From contig QWRJ01000004.1 of NCBI GenBank assembly GCA_003670475.1, forward strand, positions 622-64,621: a stretch of 64,000 bases of DNA, read 5' to 3'. Below the pieces are notes generated by a model. That model saw nothing but the letters and a program-made list of their open reading frames with translations. It made no database searches and was not told where the DNA came from. Of this stretch, positions 9,370 through 18,011 are shown piece by piece (the first letter of the stretch is position 1; every line of letters starts with the position of its first letter). The position numbers and the translations under genes are program-made. Source of the DNA: Candidatus Limnocylindrus sp. ZSMar2m-chloro-G89. Its GTDB lineage: Bacteria > Chloroflexota > Limnocylindria > Limnocylindrales > Limnocylindraceae.

Positions 9370-10547
9370 CGTCTCGCCTCAATTGCACGTGCGAATCGAT
9401 CAAAGACTGGCGTCGCGTCCAGCGGTCCTGGTGAACCCTCGGGGTGATACTGCACCGTCTCAATCGGAAGGCTGGTGTGCCGCAGCCCTTCAACGGAGTT
9501 GTCATTCAGGTTGATCTGGCTCACCTCAAACCCAGACGATGCTGGAAGCGTCTCGCCGACCACCTCCACCTCGTGATTCTGTGCGGTGACATAAACACTG
9601 CCGCTTGGCAGATCGCGCACGGGGTGATTCGCTCCGTGATGCCCAACGGCGAGTCTGCGTGTAGATGCCCCCGCAGCGCGACCAATGATCTGATGGCCGA
9701 GGCAGATGCCAAGGAGTGGTGCGCCGTTTGCGATTAGTGCGCGCGCCAACGCAACAGGTCCTTCAAGTCGCGCTGGGTCACCCGGTCCTGGCGAGAGGAC
9801 CACGCCGCTCGTGCCCCCCTGCAGCACTTCAGCGATTGTTGCCGTATGCGGGTGAACGCGAACGCGGAAGCCACGTGCGCGGAGCGCGCGCACGATGTTC
9901 GCCTTCAGCCCAAAGTCAATCACCGCTACGAGCGGTTCGCTCGCCTCTCCGTACATCTGCACGCTAGTTGGCGAAACCTGCCCAACGAAGTCCTGATCCT
10001 CCCAGCGCGGCAGCGCGCGCGTTGCGGCGATTGCCACCTCCACATCCGACTCCCACGGCGCGGAGATGCGCGCGCGTTGCGCCCCCGTCTCACGGAGACG
10101 GCGTGCAAGGCTGCGCGTCTCAACGCCAGCGATTGCGGGGACGCCGTGTTGGCGAAGCAGCGCGGCGATCTGCGCCGCGTCTTCCGTGATCGCTGCGGTG
10201 GCGTTAGCAACGATCAGGCCGCGCAGCCAGGGGCGCGCCGATTGATCATCCGCGATCAAACGGCCGTAGTTTCCAATCAGCGGATAGGTCATCAGCACCA
10301 CTTGGCCGGCGTAGCTCGGGTCGGTGCAGATCTCCTGGTAGCCAGATTGGCTCGTGTTCACCACAAGGTCGCCACCGGAGGCGATCGGCGCACCCCAGGC
10401 AACACCTGGGAAGACGCTCCCGTCTTCAAGGGTGAGGAGTGCGGGGCCGTGATCGCCGATGCGCGCGTCAACAACGGAGGCCGACTCTGGAAGTGGGATA
10501 AGGGAGCGACGGTACGGTGCCAGTGTGCGGCGTACAGCGTCACTCAT
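9366..10547 (-). CDS. carA: carbamoyl-phosphate synthase small (glutamine amidotransferase) subunit
   Basis: LLGICLGHQ contains the GATase catalytic Cys and HPEGSPGP the His. I chose the ATG at 10547 because GGAGAGGAG precedes it. The longer start at 10571 is possible. Confidence 0.93.
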   Translation of the reverse strand: MSDAVRRTLAPYRRSLIPLPESASVVDARIGDHGPALLTLEDGSVFPGVAWGAPIASGGDLVVNTSQSGYQEICTDPSYAGQVVLMTYPLIGNYGRLIADDQSARPWLRGLIVANATAAITEDAAQIAALLRQHGVPAIAGVETRSLARRLRETGAQRARISAPWESDVEVAIAATRALPRWEDQDFVGQVSPTSVQMYGEASEPLVAVIDFGLKANIVRALRARGFRVRVHPHTATIAEVLQGGTSGVVLSPGPGDPARLEGPVALARALIANGAPLLGICLGHQIIGRAAGASTRRLAVGHHGANHPVRDLPSGSVYVTAQNHEVEVVGETLPASSGFEVSQINLNDNSVEGLRHTSLPIETVQYHPEGSPGPLDATPVFDRFARAIEARR

Positions 10548-10620
10548 TCGTTCACTCCTCTCCGGTCTCACGGGACCGCCTGCGATCTCTCAGGATCGAC
10601 GCGAAAGGAAACCAGTCTCC

Positions 10621-10695
10621 TGGTGAGCCGGGTGGGATTCGAACCCACGACCTAGTGATTAAGAGTCACTTGCTCTACCGCTGAGCTACCGGCCC
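10621..10695 (-). tRNA. tRNA-Lys (anticodon CUU), CCA encoded
   Basis: Manual cloverleaf: acceptor GGGCCGG/CCGGCTC, anticodon loop CTCTTAA, T-loop GTGGGTTCGAATCCCAC. Length 75 nt. Confidence 0.9.
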
Positions 10696-10771
10696 ACGCG
10701 GAAGGATAGTGGAGCGCGGCGTTGGCCGCACACGGCGTACCGGGCGCCCGCCGCGGGTCGCCGAGTAACCG

Positions 10772-11716
10772 CTAGGGACGCCCTGAAATCGCCCCGTTCG
10801 CCTCCAGCTCGTCCAAGAGCTGGCTGAGGCGTGCGGCGAGTGCGGCGTGGCCAGCTGCGTTCGGATGGAACGGGATGTCGCCGTCTCGCCCCCACTGCCA
10901 GGGCTCCGTCGCGCAGATCTTGTGCCCCACAAAGGCGTCGGCCATGTCAGCAGTCCGCAAGCGAGGATCGTCGACTGTGGCGATCGCCCCCTTCACCTGC
11001 TCGCCGATCGCTCTCCCCCACTCGTCAAGAATCAGAAGGTCCGCGTCGGAGATCTCGTCACTCGGCGCGCGCAGCGCAGGGCATGCGTCAAGGCCAGGTT
11101 CGCCAGCGAGCGGAAGCGAATCGGCGTAAAGGACGACGATCACCAGCGCGTTCGGCGCGCGGCGCAGCACCTCGCGGTAGAGGCGCACCAGCGTGCCACT
11201 GAGCGCGGCGGTGCGCGGCGCCATCTGATCGGCAACCTCGCCACAACGCGCTGGCGCCTCAAGGCGACAGGCGGAGAAGACTTCGCTGAAACCCGTGTCG
11301 TTGCCGCCGATTCCGAGCATCACAAGGTCCGTCCCGTCGTTGAGCGCCTGGATCTGCACCGGCTCGTTCGCGCGCATGCGGCGGTCGATCAGATCCAGCA
11401 CCACCGCGCCGCTGCACGAGACGTGTGTCAGCGAGAGGCGGATCGATGTTGGGTTGAGGAGACGCGGCCATGCGGGGCCACGCGCGCAGACACTCGGCGC
11501 ACCGAGCAGAGCAAGTGTGCCGCGATCAAACGGCGTCGCCGCTGATGCGTAGCTATCGCCGAGCACCACAAGGTTGATGAGCGGCGCACTCTCAGGCGCG
11601 GCACCAACGAGGCGGATGGCCGGGATCGGTGCATCTAGAGAGAGCGCAGGGCCACCAACGCCAGCGGCGAGGGCGAGCAGTGTGCCGAGAAGTGCGCCGA
11701 CGATCGTACGAAGCAT
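10772..11716 (-). CDS. secreted SGNH/GDSL-family hydrolase (lipase/esterase-like)
   Basis: VVLGDSYAS is the block I GDS motif, and GIGGND is also present. The start at ATG 11716 gives a signal-peptide-like MLRTIVGALLGTLLALAAG. The longer ORF overlaps meaB. Confidence 0.8.
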   Translation of the reverse strand: MLRTIVGALLGTLLALAAGVGGPALSLDAPIPAIRLVGAAPESAPLINLVVLGDSYASAATPFDRGTLALLGAPSVCARGPAWPRLLNPTSIRLSLTHVSCSGAVVLDLIDRRMRANEPVQIQALNDGTDLVMLGIGGNDTGFSEVFSACRLEAPARCGEVADQMAPRTAALSGTLVRLYREVLRRAPNALVIVVLYADSLPLAGEPGLDACPALRAPSDEISDADLLILDEWGRAIGEQVKGAIATVDDPRLRTADMADAFVGHKICATEPWQWGRDGDIPFHPNAAGHAALAARLSQLLDELEANGAISGRP

Positions 11717-11732
11717 CAAACCCGAAGCCTCG

Positions 11733-12656
11733 CTAACCCTTGAGGAGTTCGTCAACGGCGCCGCTGAGTGGACGCTCGCCCGCTGCAATGCTCTGCGCAA
11801 GTGCGGCAAGGCGACCATCGGACTCTGCGTCGCGCAGAAGCTGCGCGGCGCGCGCCTCCACCGCAGCGGCGAGGTGCGCCGCAATGCGTCGCTGTAAGCC
11901 GCCGCCACTTCGCGTCACGGCGAGTCCTTCAAGCGCAGCGAGGAGTTCGGCGACGCCGCTCCCATCAACCGCTGACGCAAGCAGTACTTCGGGCGCGTCG
12001 TGACCGAGCGCTAAGCCAGAGCGGAGTCGCTCAACGGCGCGATCAGCGCCGGGACGATCAGACTTGTTGACCACAACAAGATGCGCCGATTCAAGGAGGC
12101 CCGCCTTCATCGCCTGCACCTCATCGCCACCCTCTGGCCCTTCAACGAGCAGCACAAGGTCCGCAAGGCGCACGATGCCGAGATCCGCCTGGCCTGCACC
12201 AACCGTCTCAATAAAGACAAGATCAAATCCGGCCGCCTCCACAAGGAGCGATGCTGCGGCGGCGGTATATGAGAGGGAGCGACCACTCCCGCGCGTTGCA
12301 ATGGAGCGAACGAAGCGACCCTCATCCCCCGGTCGCTCTTCAACGCGCACGCGATCACCAAGAAGTGCGCCGCCACTCTGTACAGAAGAGGGATCAACAG
12401 CGAGGATCGCAACGCGACGGCCAGCCGTACGCGCACGTTCCGCGAGTGCGCCAACAAGGGTGCTCTTGCCAGCTCCTGGTGGTCCAGTGACACCGATCAC
12501 CACCGCGTTCTGACTACGCTCGCTGGCGAGTCGTGTCAGCGCCGTCTGAATTAGCGCATCTGCCGCCGGACCGCCGCGCTCAACGCTGCTGATCGCTTGG
12601 GCGAGCTCGCGCGTGGTGCGCAGCCCGGCGCCCTGCTGATCAGTTGGTTCGGACAT
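11733..12656 (-). CDS. meaB: methylmalonyl-CoA mutase-associated G-protein chaperone (MeaB/ArgK family)
   Basis: It has the P-loop GVTGPPGAGKSTLV and VVNKSD. The start at ATG 12656 overlaps the upstream gene by 17 nt. Confidence 0.85.
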   Translation of the reverse strand: MSEPTDQQGAGLRTTRELAQAISSVERGGPAADALIQTALTRLASERSQNAVVIGVTGPPGAGKSTLVGALAERARTAGRRVAILAVDPSSVQSGGALLGDRVRVEERPGDEGRFVRSIATRGSGRSLSYTAAAASLLVEAAGFDLVFIETVGAGQADLGIVRLADLVLLVEGPEGGDEVQAMKAGLLESAHLVVVNKSDRPGADRAVERLRSGLALGHDAPEVLLASAVDGSGVAELLAALEGLAVTRSGGGLQRRIAAHLAAAVEARAAQLLRDAESDGRLAALAQSIAAGERPLSGAVDELLKG

Positions 12657-13047
12657 GCGCCCGCAGGTAGGTGGCAATCTCCGCAATGGTGCTCCCTGGA
12701 CCGAAGATGGCGGCGATCCCCGCCGCTTCAAGTCCGGCGCGATCCTCTTCTGGAATGATGCCGCCAGCCACAACCAAGACATCGGCGGCGCCGGCATCGC
12801 GGAGCCCCGCCACAACCTTCGGCAGGAGGGTGGCGTGTGCGCCAGAGAGGATCGAGCAGCCGACCACGTCAACATCCTCTTCAATGGCGGCGGCGATGAT
12901 CGCCTCCGTAGTGCGGCGGATTCCCGTGTAGATCACCTCAAAGCCCTCATCTCGCAGGCCGCGCGCCAGCACCTTGGCACCACGGTCGTGGCCGTCCAGG
13001 CCCGGCTTGGCGATCAGGACGCGGATCGGAGCGGTGCGTTCAGCCAT
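12640..13047 (-). CDS. cobalamin-binding domain protein (methylmalonyl-CoA mutase small/B12-binding subunit type)
   Basis: IRVLIAKPGLDGHDRGAKVLARGLRDEGFEVIYTG contains the DxHxxG B12-binding motif. The product is 135 aa. Confidence 0.85.
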   Translation of the reverse strand: MAERTAPIRVLIAKPGLDGHDRGAKVLARGLRDEGFEVIYTGIRRTTEAIIAAAIEEDVDVVGCSILSGAHATLLPKVVAGLRDAGAADVLVVAGGIIPEEDRAGLEAAGIAAIFGPGSTIAEIATYLRAHVRTN

Positions 13048-13053
13048 ACCCGC

Positions 13054-13059
13054 ATCCTA
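13054..13059 (-). promoter_or_regulatory. candidate -10 box TAGGAT, 6 nt before ATG 13047 (leaderless B12-subunit/meaB operon)
   Basis: The minus strand reads TAGGATgcgggtATG, with no SD. Confidence 0.45.
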
Positions 13060-13147
13060 CCCGCGGGCGGCTGCCTTAGGAGCCGATCGTCGGTAGACTG
13101 AGCGGGAGCGGCGGCGCTAGCCGCCAGTAGTGAAGGCGAGGGAGAGC

Positions 13148-13486
13148 ATGGCGGAGATCAAGCACACCACTGATGCATCGTTTGAGGCGGATGTCGCCAA
13201 CTCCCCACGACCAGTGATCGTGGACTTCTGGGCCCCATGGTGTGGCCCATGCAAACTGGTCGCTCCAGAGCTTGAGAAGCTCGCCGCGCAGTACGCTGGC
13301 ACGGTCGACATCGTGAAGGTGAACGTTGACGAGAATCCAAGCCTACAGCGCGCCTTCAACATCATGTCGATTCCAACGATCGCCTTCTTCAAGGGCGCCG
13401 GCGCCCAGCCAGTTGGCGCAGTTGGATTCCAGACCGCCGAGCAGCTCGAATCGCGCTTCGGCCTGAAAGAGCTCGCCGCAAAGTAG
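13148..13486 (+). CDS. trxA: thioredoxin
   Basis: WAPWCGPCK is the active site. ATG 13148 is preceded by GAGGGAGAG. A GTG at 13130 is the alternative start. Confidence 0.93.
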   Translation: MAEIKHTTDASFEADVANSPRPVIVDFWAPWCGPCKLVAPELEKLAAQYAGTVDIVKVNVDENPSLQRAFNIMSIPTIAFFKGAGAQPVGAVGFQTAEQLESRFGLKELAAK

Positions 13487-13514
13487 ACGCGCGAGTCTGC
13501 GCGCTACTTCACTA

Positions 13515-14105
13515 CTACTTCAGCGCGAGTTCGTATCGCGCAAGAAGTTCGGTGATGGCGACGTTGGAGAGATCCGAAGTGAGTAGCCCGCGCACCTGAC
13601 CCGCTTCGCCAGGCACCTGGAAGAGAACTATCACCTGACGATGATCGCCATTGAGCAGCGTCATGCGGCTCCCAGTCCATGCGCCAACACTCACCTTCTC
13701 AATCTGAATGTCCTGTGTCTTGCGGCCAGTTAATGCGCCGCGCTGAAAGGCGTAGGCGAGCGCGTCGAGCGTTAGTTCGCTGGCGCGGTAGGTGACAACG
13801 GAGTACCCCGTCTCGCTCCCAAGGTCAAAGATTCCACCGGCGGATCGCAGCTCACGAACCCCAGCGCCCCAGAGTGGTCCGAGGCGCTTCTCTGAACACT
13901 CGCGTCCAGAGTCAACAGTGATCGGACTCCCATCAAACGCCGCGAGCGGCACTGTTGCCTCAAGCGCGGTGTCAAAGCCCACCGCGCGCTGTGAGTCAAT
14001 GCTCGGGTCGCAGGGGAGGCTCCCGTCAGGCGGCGCGCTCGGTGCACAACCAACAGCAGCGCCGCCCGCCAGCGCGATCGCAAGGAGGAGCGTGGCGCGG
14101 CGCAT
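13515..14105 (-). CDS. hypothetical lipoprotein
   Basis: The N-terminus MRRATLLLAIALAGGAAVGC has a lipobox-like Cys. Its start overlaps the J-domain gene stop by 1 nt. Confidence 0.65.
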   Translation of the reverse strand: MRRATLLLAIALAGGAAVGCAPSAPPDGSLPCDPSIDSQRAVGFDTALEATVPLAAFDGSPITVDSGRECSEKRLGPLWGAGVRELRSAGGIFDLGSETGYSVVTYRASELTLDALAYAFQRGALTGRKTQDIQIEKVSVGAWTGSRMTLLNGDHRQVIVLFQVPGEAGQVRGLLTSDLSNVAITELLARYELALK

Positions 14106-14812
14106 CAGTCGGAGACTCCATCAAATCCAACTGGTGATGGTCGGTGCAGGCTGCCACGCGCTGGGCGTTCCATGCCGTACTCCTCCATCAGCTGCGTCAG
14201 CACAAGATCCGCCGCCTGCACAAGATCTGGATCGCGGCGCACGTTATCAATGCACCAGGCGAGATAGCCAGGGTCGCGCAGCGCAACGTCGCCAACGGTG
14301 AGTCCGGCGTAGCGACCGAATGCGAAGAGAAACTCGCGCGCCGCTTCTAGTGAGATGCGCGGACGCAGCGCGGCGGCTGGGTCGACGCGGCGTCGCACCG
14401 GCCCCGCAGGTGTGCCGGGGAGTGGACCGCTCGGCCGTGCGGCGGGGCGCGTTGGCCACGGCGCCTCTGGTCGCCAGTTCACACTCGTTGGCTCACTGGT
14501 GCGCGAGTTAAAGCGCGGCGCGTTCGGGAGCTCCACGCGACCGGTCACCGGCGCCTCGGGGCGGTGCCCGCCGCGCGGCGGCACCACCGTGGCAGGATCT
14601 TCGGCGGCCCAGACTTCGGCCAGCAAGGCCTCGGCGGCGGCGTTGATCAGCGCCATCTCGCGGGTCGCCTTCCGCGCCCCCGCCGCGTCACCAGAGAAGT
14701 TGTCTGGGTGATGCGTGCGTGCGAGCTGCCGGCGCGCGCCACGGATCTCCTCGGCGCTCGCCCCAGGCGTCAGGCCAAGCACCTCGTGCGGACTACGGTC
14801 GCCGCGCTTCAT
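14105..14812 (-). CDS. J-domain protein with Pro-rich linker and C-terminal ExoX-C/DUF3820-like domain
   Basis: HEVLGLTPGASAEEIRGARRQLARTHHPDNF is a J domain with HPD. The C-terminus FAFGRYAGLTVGDVALRDPGYLAWC resembles the DUF3820-type domain. Confidence 0.75.
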   Translation of the reverse strand: MKRGDRSPHEVLGLTPGASAEEIRGARRQLARTHHPDNFSGDAAGARKATREMALINAAAEALLAEVWAAEDPATVVPPRGGHRPEAPVTGRVELPNAPRFNSRTSEPTSVNWRPEAPWPTRPAARPSGPLPGTPAGPVRRRVDPAAALRPRISLEAAREFLFAFGRYAGLTVGDVALRDPGYLAWCIDNVRRDPDLVQAADLVLTQLMEEYGMERPARGSLHRPSPVGFDGVSD

Positions 14813-14857
14813 GGTTGCTGCTCATTCGACATAGCGACTAAGTGTAGCCGCCTCCCC

Positions 14858-14863
14858 TACGAT
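14858..14863 (+). promoter_or_regulatory. candidate -10 box TACGAT, 6 nt before ATG 14870 (leaderless prenyltransferase)
   Basis: The sequence reads TACGATagacctATG, with no SD. Confidence 0.45.
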
Positions 14864-14869
14864 AGACCT

Positions 14870-15808
14870 ATGAAGAACATCGCTAAAGCGGTCGAGATCT
14901 CGCGGCCACTCCTCTGGCTCAATACCTCCATGCCACTCCTCTGGGGCCTCCTCGCCACGCGCGGCGCACTTCAGCCGAGCGACCTGGTCCTCTTCGCCTT
15001 CTTCCTCTTTCCATATAACTACTTTCTCCACGCGCCGAACGACTACTTTGACTTTGAGACAGATGCGCGCAACCCACGCAAGGGTGGGGTTGAGGGTGCA
15101 CTGACGCCGAAACCTCTCCTCGCAAAGCACGCGATCGTCAGCACCCTCCTGCTGCTCCCGTTCCTCGCCTTCACCGCAACGCAGTTCCCGCCGCTCACGC
15201 TCGCCTCGCTCGGGCTGCTGCTGATCCTCTCGGCCGCCTACAACGCACCCCCTACGCGCCTGAAAGGGCGACCGATCCTTGATTCGCTCACCAATGTCCT
15301 CTATGCGATTCCACTGCAGGTAGGAATCCACGCCGCGGGCGGGGGCGACCTGATCGCACCACACGTGCTCGTCTTCGCCGCCTGGGGGATCGGCGCACAT
15401 GCGCTCACCACTATCACGGACCGCGACGAAGATGCCGCCGCCGGCGTGCGCACGATCGCCGTCCTGCTAGGGCGGCGCAACACCGCCATCTTCTCCGCCG
15501 CATGGTTCGTGCTGGTTGGACTCGGTGCGGCGAGTATCGCCGGCTCACCGCTCGCATTTGCCGTGGCGCTCCCCTACCTCTCACTCTCGCTGATCGGCCG
15601 CGATGCAACGGGCGAAGCGGGTCGCAGGCTCTACCGACTCTTCCTGATCACCAACGTGTTAATTGGCGCATCGATCACCATGCTCGTCCTGCTGCAGGTT
15701 CCCTTTGAATCCGCAGTCGCAGCGGGAGCCGTGGCGATCGTCGGCACACTGATCGCCCTCGGCGCATCCGTGGGCCGATCCGCACTCCGCGCCCGCCGCA
15801 CCGCGTGA
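14870..15808 (+). CDS. UbiA-family prenyltransferase (carotenoid/lycopene-elongase-like candidate)
   Basis: NDYFDFETD matches the NDxxDxxxD motif and DRDED is a second Asp-rich motif. The protein is multi-TM. ATG 14870 sits 6 nt after TACGAT. The gene overlaps the desaturase gene by 4 nt. Confidence 0.8.
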   Translation: MKNIAKAVEISRPLLWLNTSMPLLWGLLATRGALQPSDLVLFAFFLFPYNYFLHAPNDYFDFETDARNPRKGGVEGALTPKPLLAKHAIVSTLLLLPFLAFTATQFPPLTLASLGLLLILSAAYNAPPTRLKGRPILDSLTNVLYAIPLQVGIHAAGGGDLIAPHVLVFAAWGIGAHALTTITDRDEDAAAGVRTIAVLLGRRNTAIFSAAWFVLVGLGAASIAGSPLAFAVALPYLSLSLIGRDATGEAGRRLYRLFLITNVLIGASITMLVLLQVPFESAVAAGAVAIVGTLIALGASVGRSALRARRTA

Positions 15809-17382
15809 CCACCAAAAAGCGCGTCGTTGTTGTTGGCGCCGGACTCGCCGGCCTCGCCAGTGCCATCCGTCTCGCCGCCGCCGGCGTCCATGTCGCGGTG
15901 GTAGAACGCGGCACGCGCCCTGGTGGAAAGATGGGGCGCCGCGAGATCGGACCGTATCGTTGGGATAGCGGCCCCACGATCTTCACCCTCCCCGAACTCT
16001 TCGATCAGCTCTGGTCCGCCGCTGGCGCACGGCGCAGCGACGACCTGACTCTTCTCCCCGTTGAGCCAGCGTCACGCACCTTCTTTGCAGACGGCAGCGT
16101 CTTAGAGACATCGAGCGATCTCACCAAACTCGCCGCAAGCTTCGGCGCGCTCGATCCACGCGATGCGGCGGGGATCCCCGCATTCATGCGCCGCGGCGAG
16201 AAGCTCTGGCGCGAACTGGATCAAACCTTCTTCCGTAAGACGCTCAGCCCCTTAAGCCTCCTTGCGCCAAGTTCGTGGCTTGCGGGGATTCGCCTTGATG
16301 CCGCAACGCCGTACAGTCGCCGCATCAACCAGACCTTCCATGACGAGCGCATCCGCCACGTGATGCGATACAAGTCCATCTATCTCGGCTCAACGCCGCA
16401 GAGCGTCCCTGGTGCCTTCCTCTCGATTCCATACATTGAAGCGAAGTTCGGCACCTGGCATCCGGAGGGTGGCATGCATGAGGCGCCACTCGCCATGGAG
16501 CGGCTCGCCCGCCGACTCGGCGTGGAGTTCCGCTACGGCACCGATGCAATTGGGAGCGTCATCAGGGACAAGCGCATCAGCGCACTCCGCATCGCGCCGC
16601 GTAGTGCGCAACCACGAACGCTCGGCACAGGCCCCGCCGCACCGAATCAGCCAGATGAGGAGCGCATTGAGGCGGATGCGGTGCTCTTCAACGCCGACAT
16701 CGTCCACGCCAATCGTGATCTGATCGGCGAAGAGCATCTCGGACTCTTCAGCCGCCGCCGCTTCAAGAGCATCACGCCCTCATCAAGCGCCTACATCCTG
16801 CACCTCGGCGTGAAGCGCACCTTCCAAGATCTCGCCCATCACACCGTCTGGCACCCAGAGAACCCGAACGACGAACTCGATCGCATCATCAGCTCACCCG
16901 TGCCGAGCGGCGATCCAACGCTCTACATCCAGCACGTGGCCGCCACAGATCCAACCGCACGGCTCGACGGCCGCACCGCGCTCTATGTGCTGACGCCAGT
17001 GCCACCACTCAAAGATCGGCGCTGGTGGGAGGAGCACCGTGACGAGTACCGCGCCGCAACCATCAAGCGCGTCTGCGAGCGCACAGGCTTAAAGCCTGAA
17101 GAGATTGAAGAGCAGGCCGACTGGACGCCACTTGAATTTGAGCGCGAGCAGTACTGCCACGACGGCTCCATCTTTGCCTTAGCTGCGAGCTTCTTCCAGA
17201 GCGCCTACTTCCGCCCCGCCAACGCCTCACCAGACATCGCCAACGCCTTCTTCGCCGGCGGTGGCTCACAGCCGGGCGGCGGCATCCCACTCGTCATGCT
17301 CTCCGGCTACATCGCCAGCCGCACCATCCTGCAGCGCCTCGGCCTCCCCCTCCCACCGAGCGAGGCGGGGCAGATCGCCTAG
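15805..17382 (+). CDS. phytoene-desaturase-family FAD oxidoreductase (CrtI/CrtD-like)
   Basis: The N-terminal VVVVGAGLAGLASAIRLAAAGVHVAVVERGTRPGGK is a dinucleotide-binding fold. The 525-aa length is typical of CrtI-family enzymes. Confidence 0.85.
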   Translation: MTTKKRVVVVGAGLAGLASAIRLAAAGVHVAVVERGTRPGGKMGRREIGPYRWDSGPTIFTLPELFDQLWSAAGARRSDDLTLLPVEPASRTFFADGSVLETSSDLTKLAASFGALDPRDAAGIPAFMRRGEKLWRELDQTFFRKTLSPLSLLAPSSWLAGIRLDAATPYSRRINQTFHDERIRHVMRYKSIYLGSTPQSVPGAFLSIPYIEAKFGTWHPEGGMHEAPLAMERLARRLGVEFRYGTDAIGSVIRDKRISALRIAPRSAQPRTLGTGPAAPNQPDEERIEADAVLFNADIVHANRDLIGEEHLGLFSRRRFKSITPSSSAYILHLGVKRTFQDLAHHTVWHPENPNDELDRIISSPVPSGDPTLYIQHVAATDPTARLDGRTALYVLTPVPPLKDRRWWEEHRDEYRAATIKRVCERTGLKPEEIEEQADWTPLEFEREQYCHDGSIFALAASFFQSAYFRPANASPDIANAFFAGGGSQPGGGIPLVMLSGYIASRTILQRLGLPLPPSEAGQIA

Positions 17383-17996
17383 CGCTGACTTCGCCTTTTT
17401 AGTGCCCCTACGATCCGCGCGACGATGCCAACCAGAATCACTCCGTAGACCAGTAGAGCGAATACCCACTTGATACTTGAGGCTGTTGATGCCAACAGAG
17501 CGGTCGACGAAGAGATCGTGCCGTCTGCCAGATACTGGTTCGACAGAGAGGCTAAGGAGAAGTTCTCTAGCCAATCAAAGAGCACTTGCCCAAATGGGAG
17601 CAGATTCAGCAGCCCAACCTTTAGCGAATATGGTTTAAACACCATGGACACCCAAACCACATACATCACTCCGTAGATCACACCAAAGAGAGAATCCCAC
17701 ACCTGATTGAAGGCGATGTAAGCAGTTATCTGCTCAACGGAACGCTCTGCAAGGAAGGCAAGGACCTCTGCCTGCCCGAAGCCCAACGAGGTTCCTAGTG
17801 ACTTCACACTGCTGTTGGCAACTTCAAATGCTTTTCCCTGTCCGCTCAGGATGAAGACGGTGTAACCGGCAAAGACCGCGGTGGCGAGCAGCGCGGTGAT
17901 CAGGTTTGACTTCGCATAGAAAAACCCTGATACGCGACGTAGGGGTCCCGTCTTTCTCAACGGACTCTTGCTCTCGGTGCTCTTGCTAGACATCAT
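17379..17996 (-). CDS. hypothetical membrane protein (205 aa, about 4 TM), low-GC gene
   Basis: The hydrophobic segments include LITALLATAVFAGYTVFILSG and IKWVFALLVYGVILVGIVARIV. Codons are A/T-richer than in neighbouring genes. Confidence 0.65.
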   Translation of the reverse strand: MMSSKSTESKSPLRKTGPLRRVSGFFYAKSNLITALLATAVFAGYTVFILSGQGKAFEVANSSVKSLGTSLGFGQAEVLAFLAERSVEQITAYIAFNQVWDSLFGVIYGVMYVVWVSMVFKPYSLKVGLLNLLPFGQVLFDWLENFSLASLSNQYLADGTISSSTALLASTASSIKWVFALLVYGVILVGIVARIVGALKRRSQR

Positions 17997-18011
17997 TGGC
18001 CATCTACCTTT

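Noticed and set aside
13489-13504. I considered a bidirectional terminator between trxA and the lipoprotein gene (GCGCG-agtctg-CGCGC).
   Set aside because: The stem is only 5 bp and no U-tract lies on either side. This is too weak to call.
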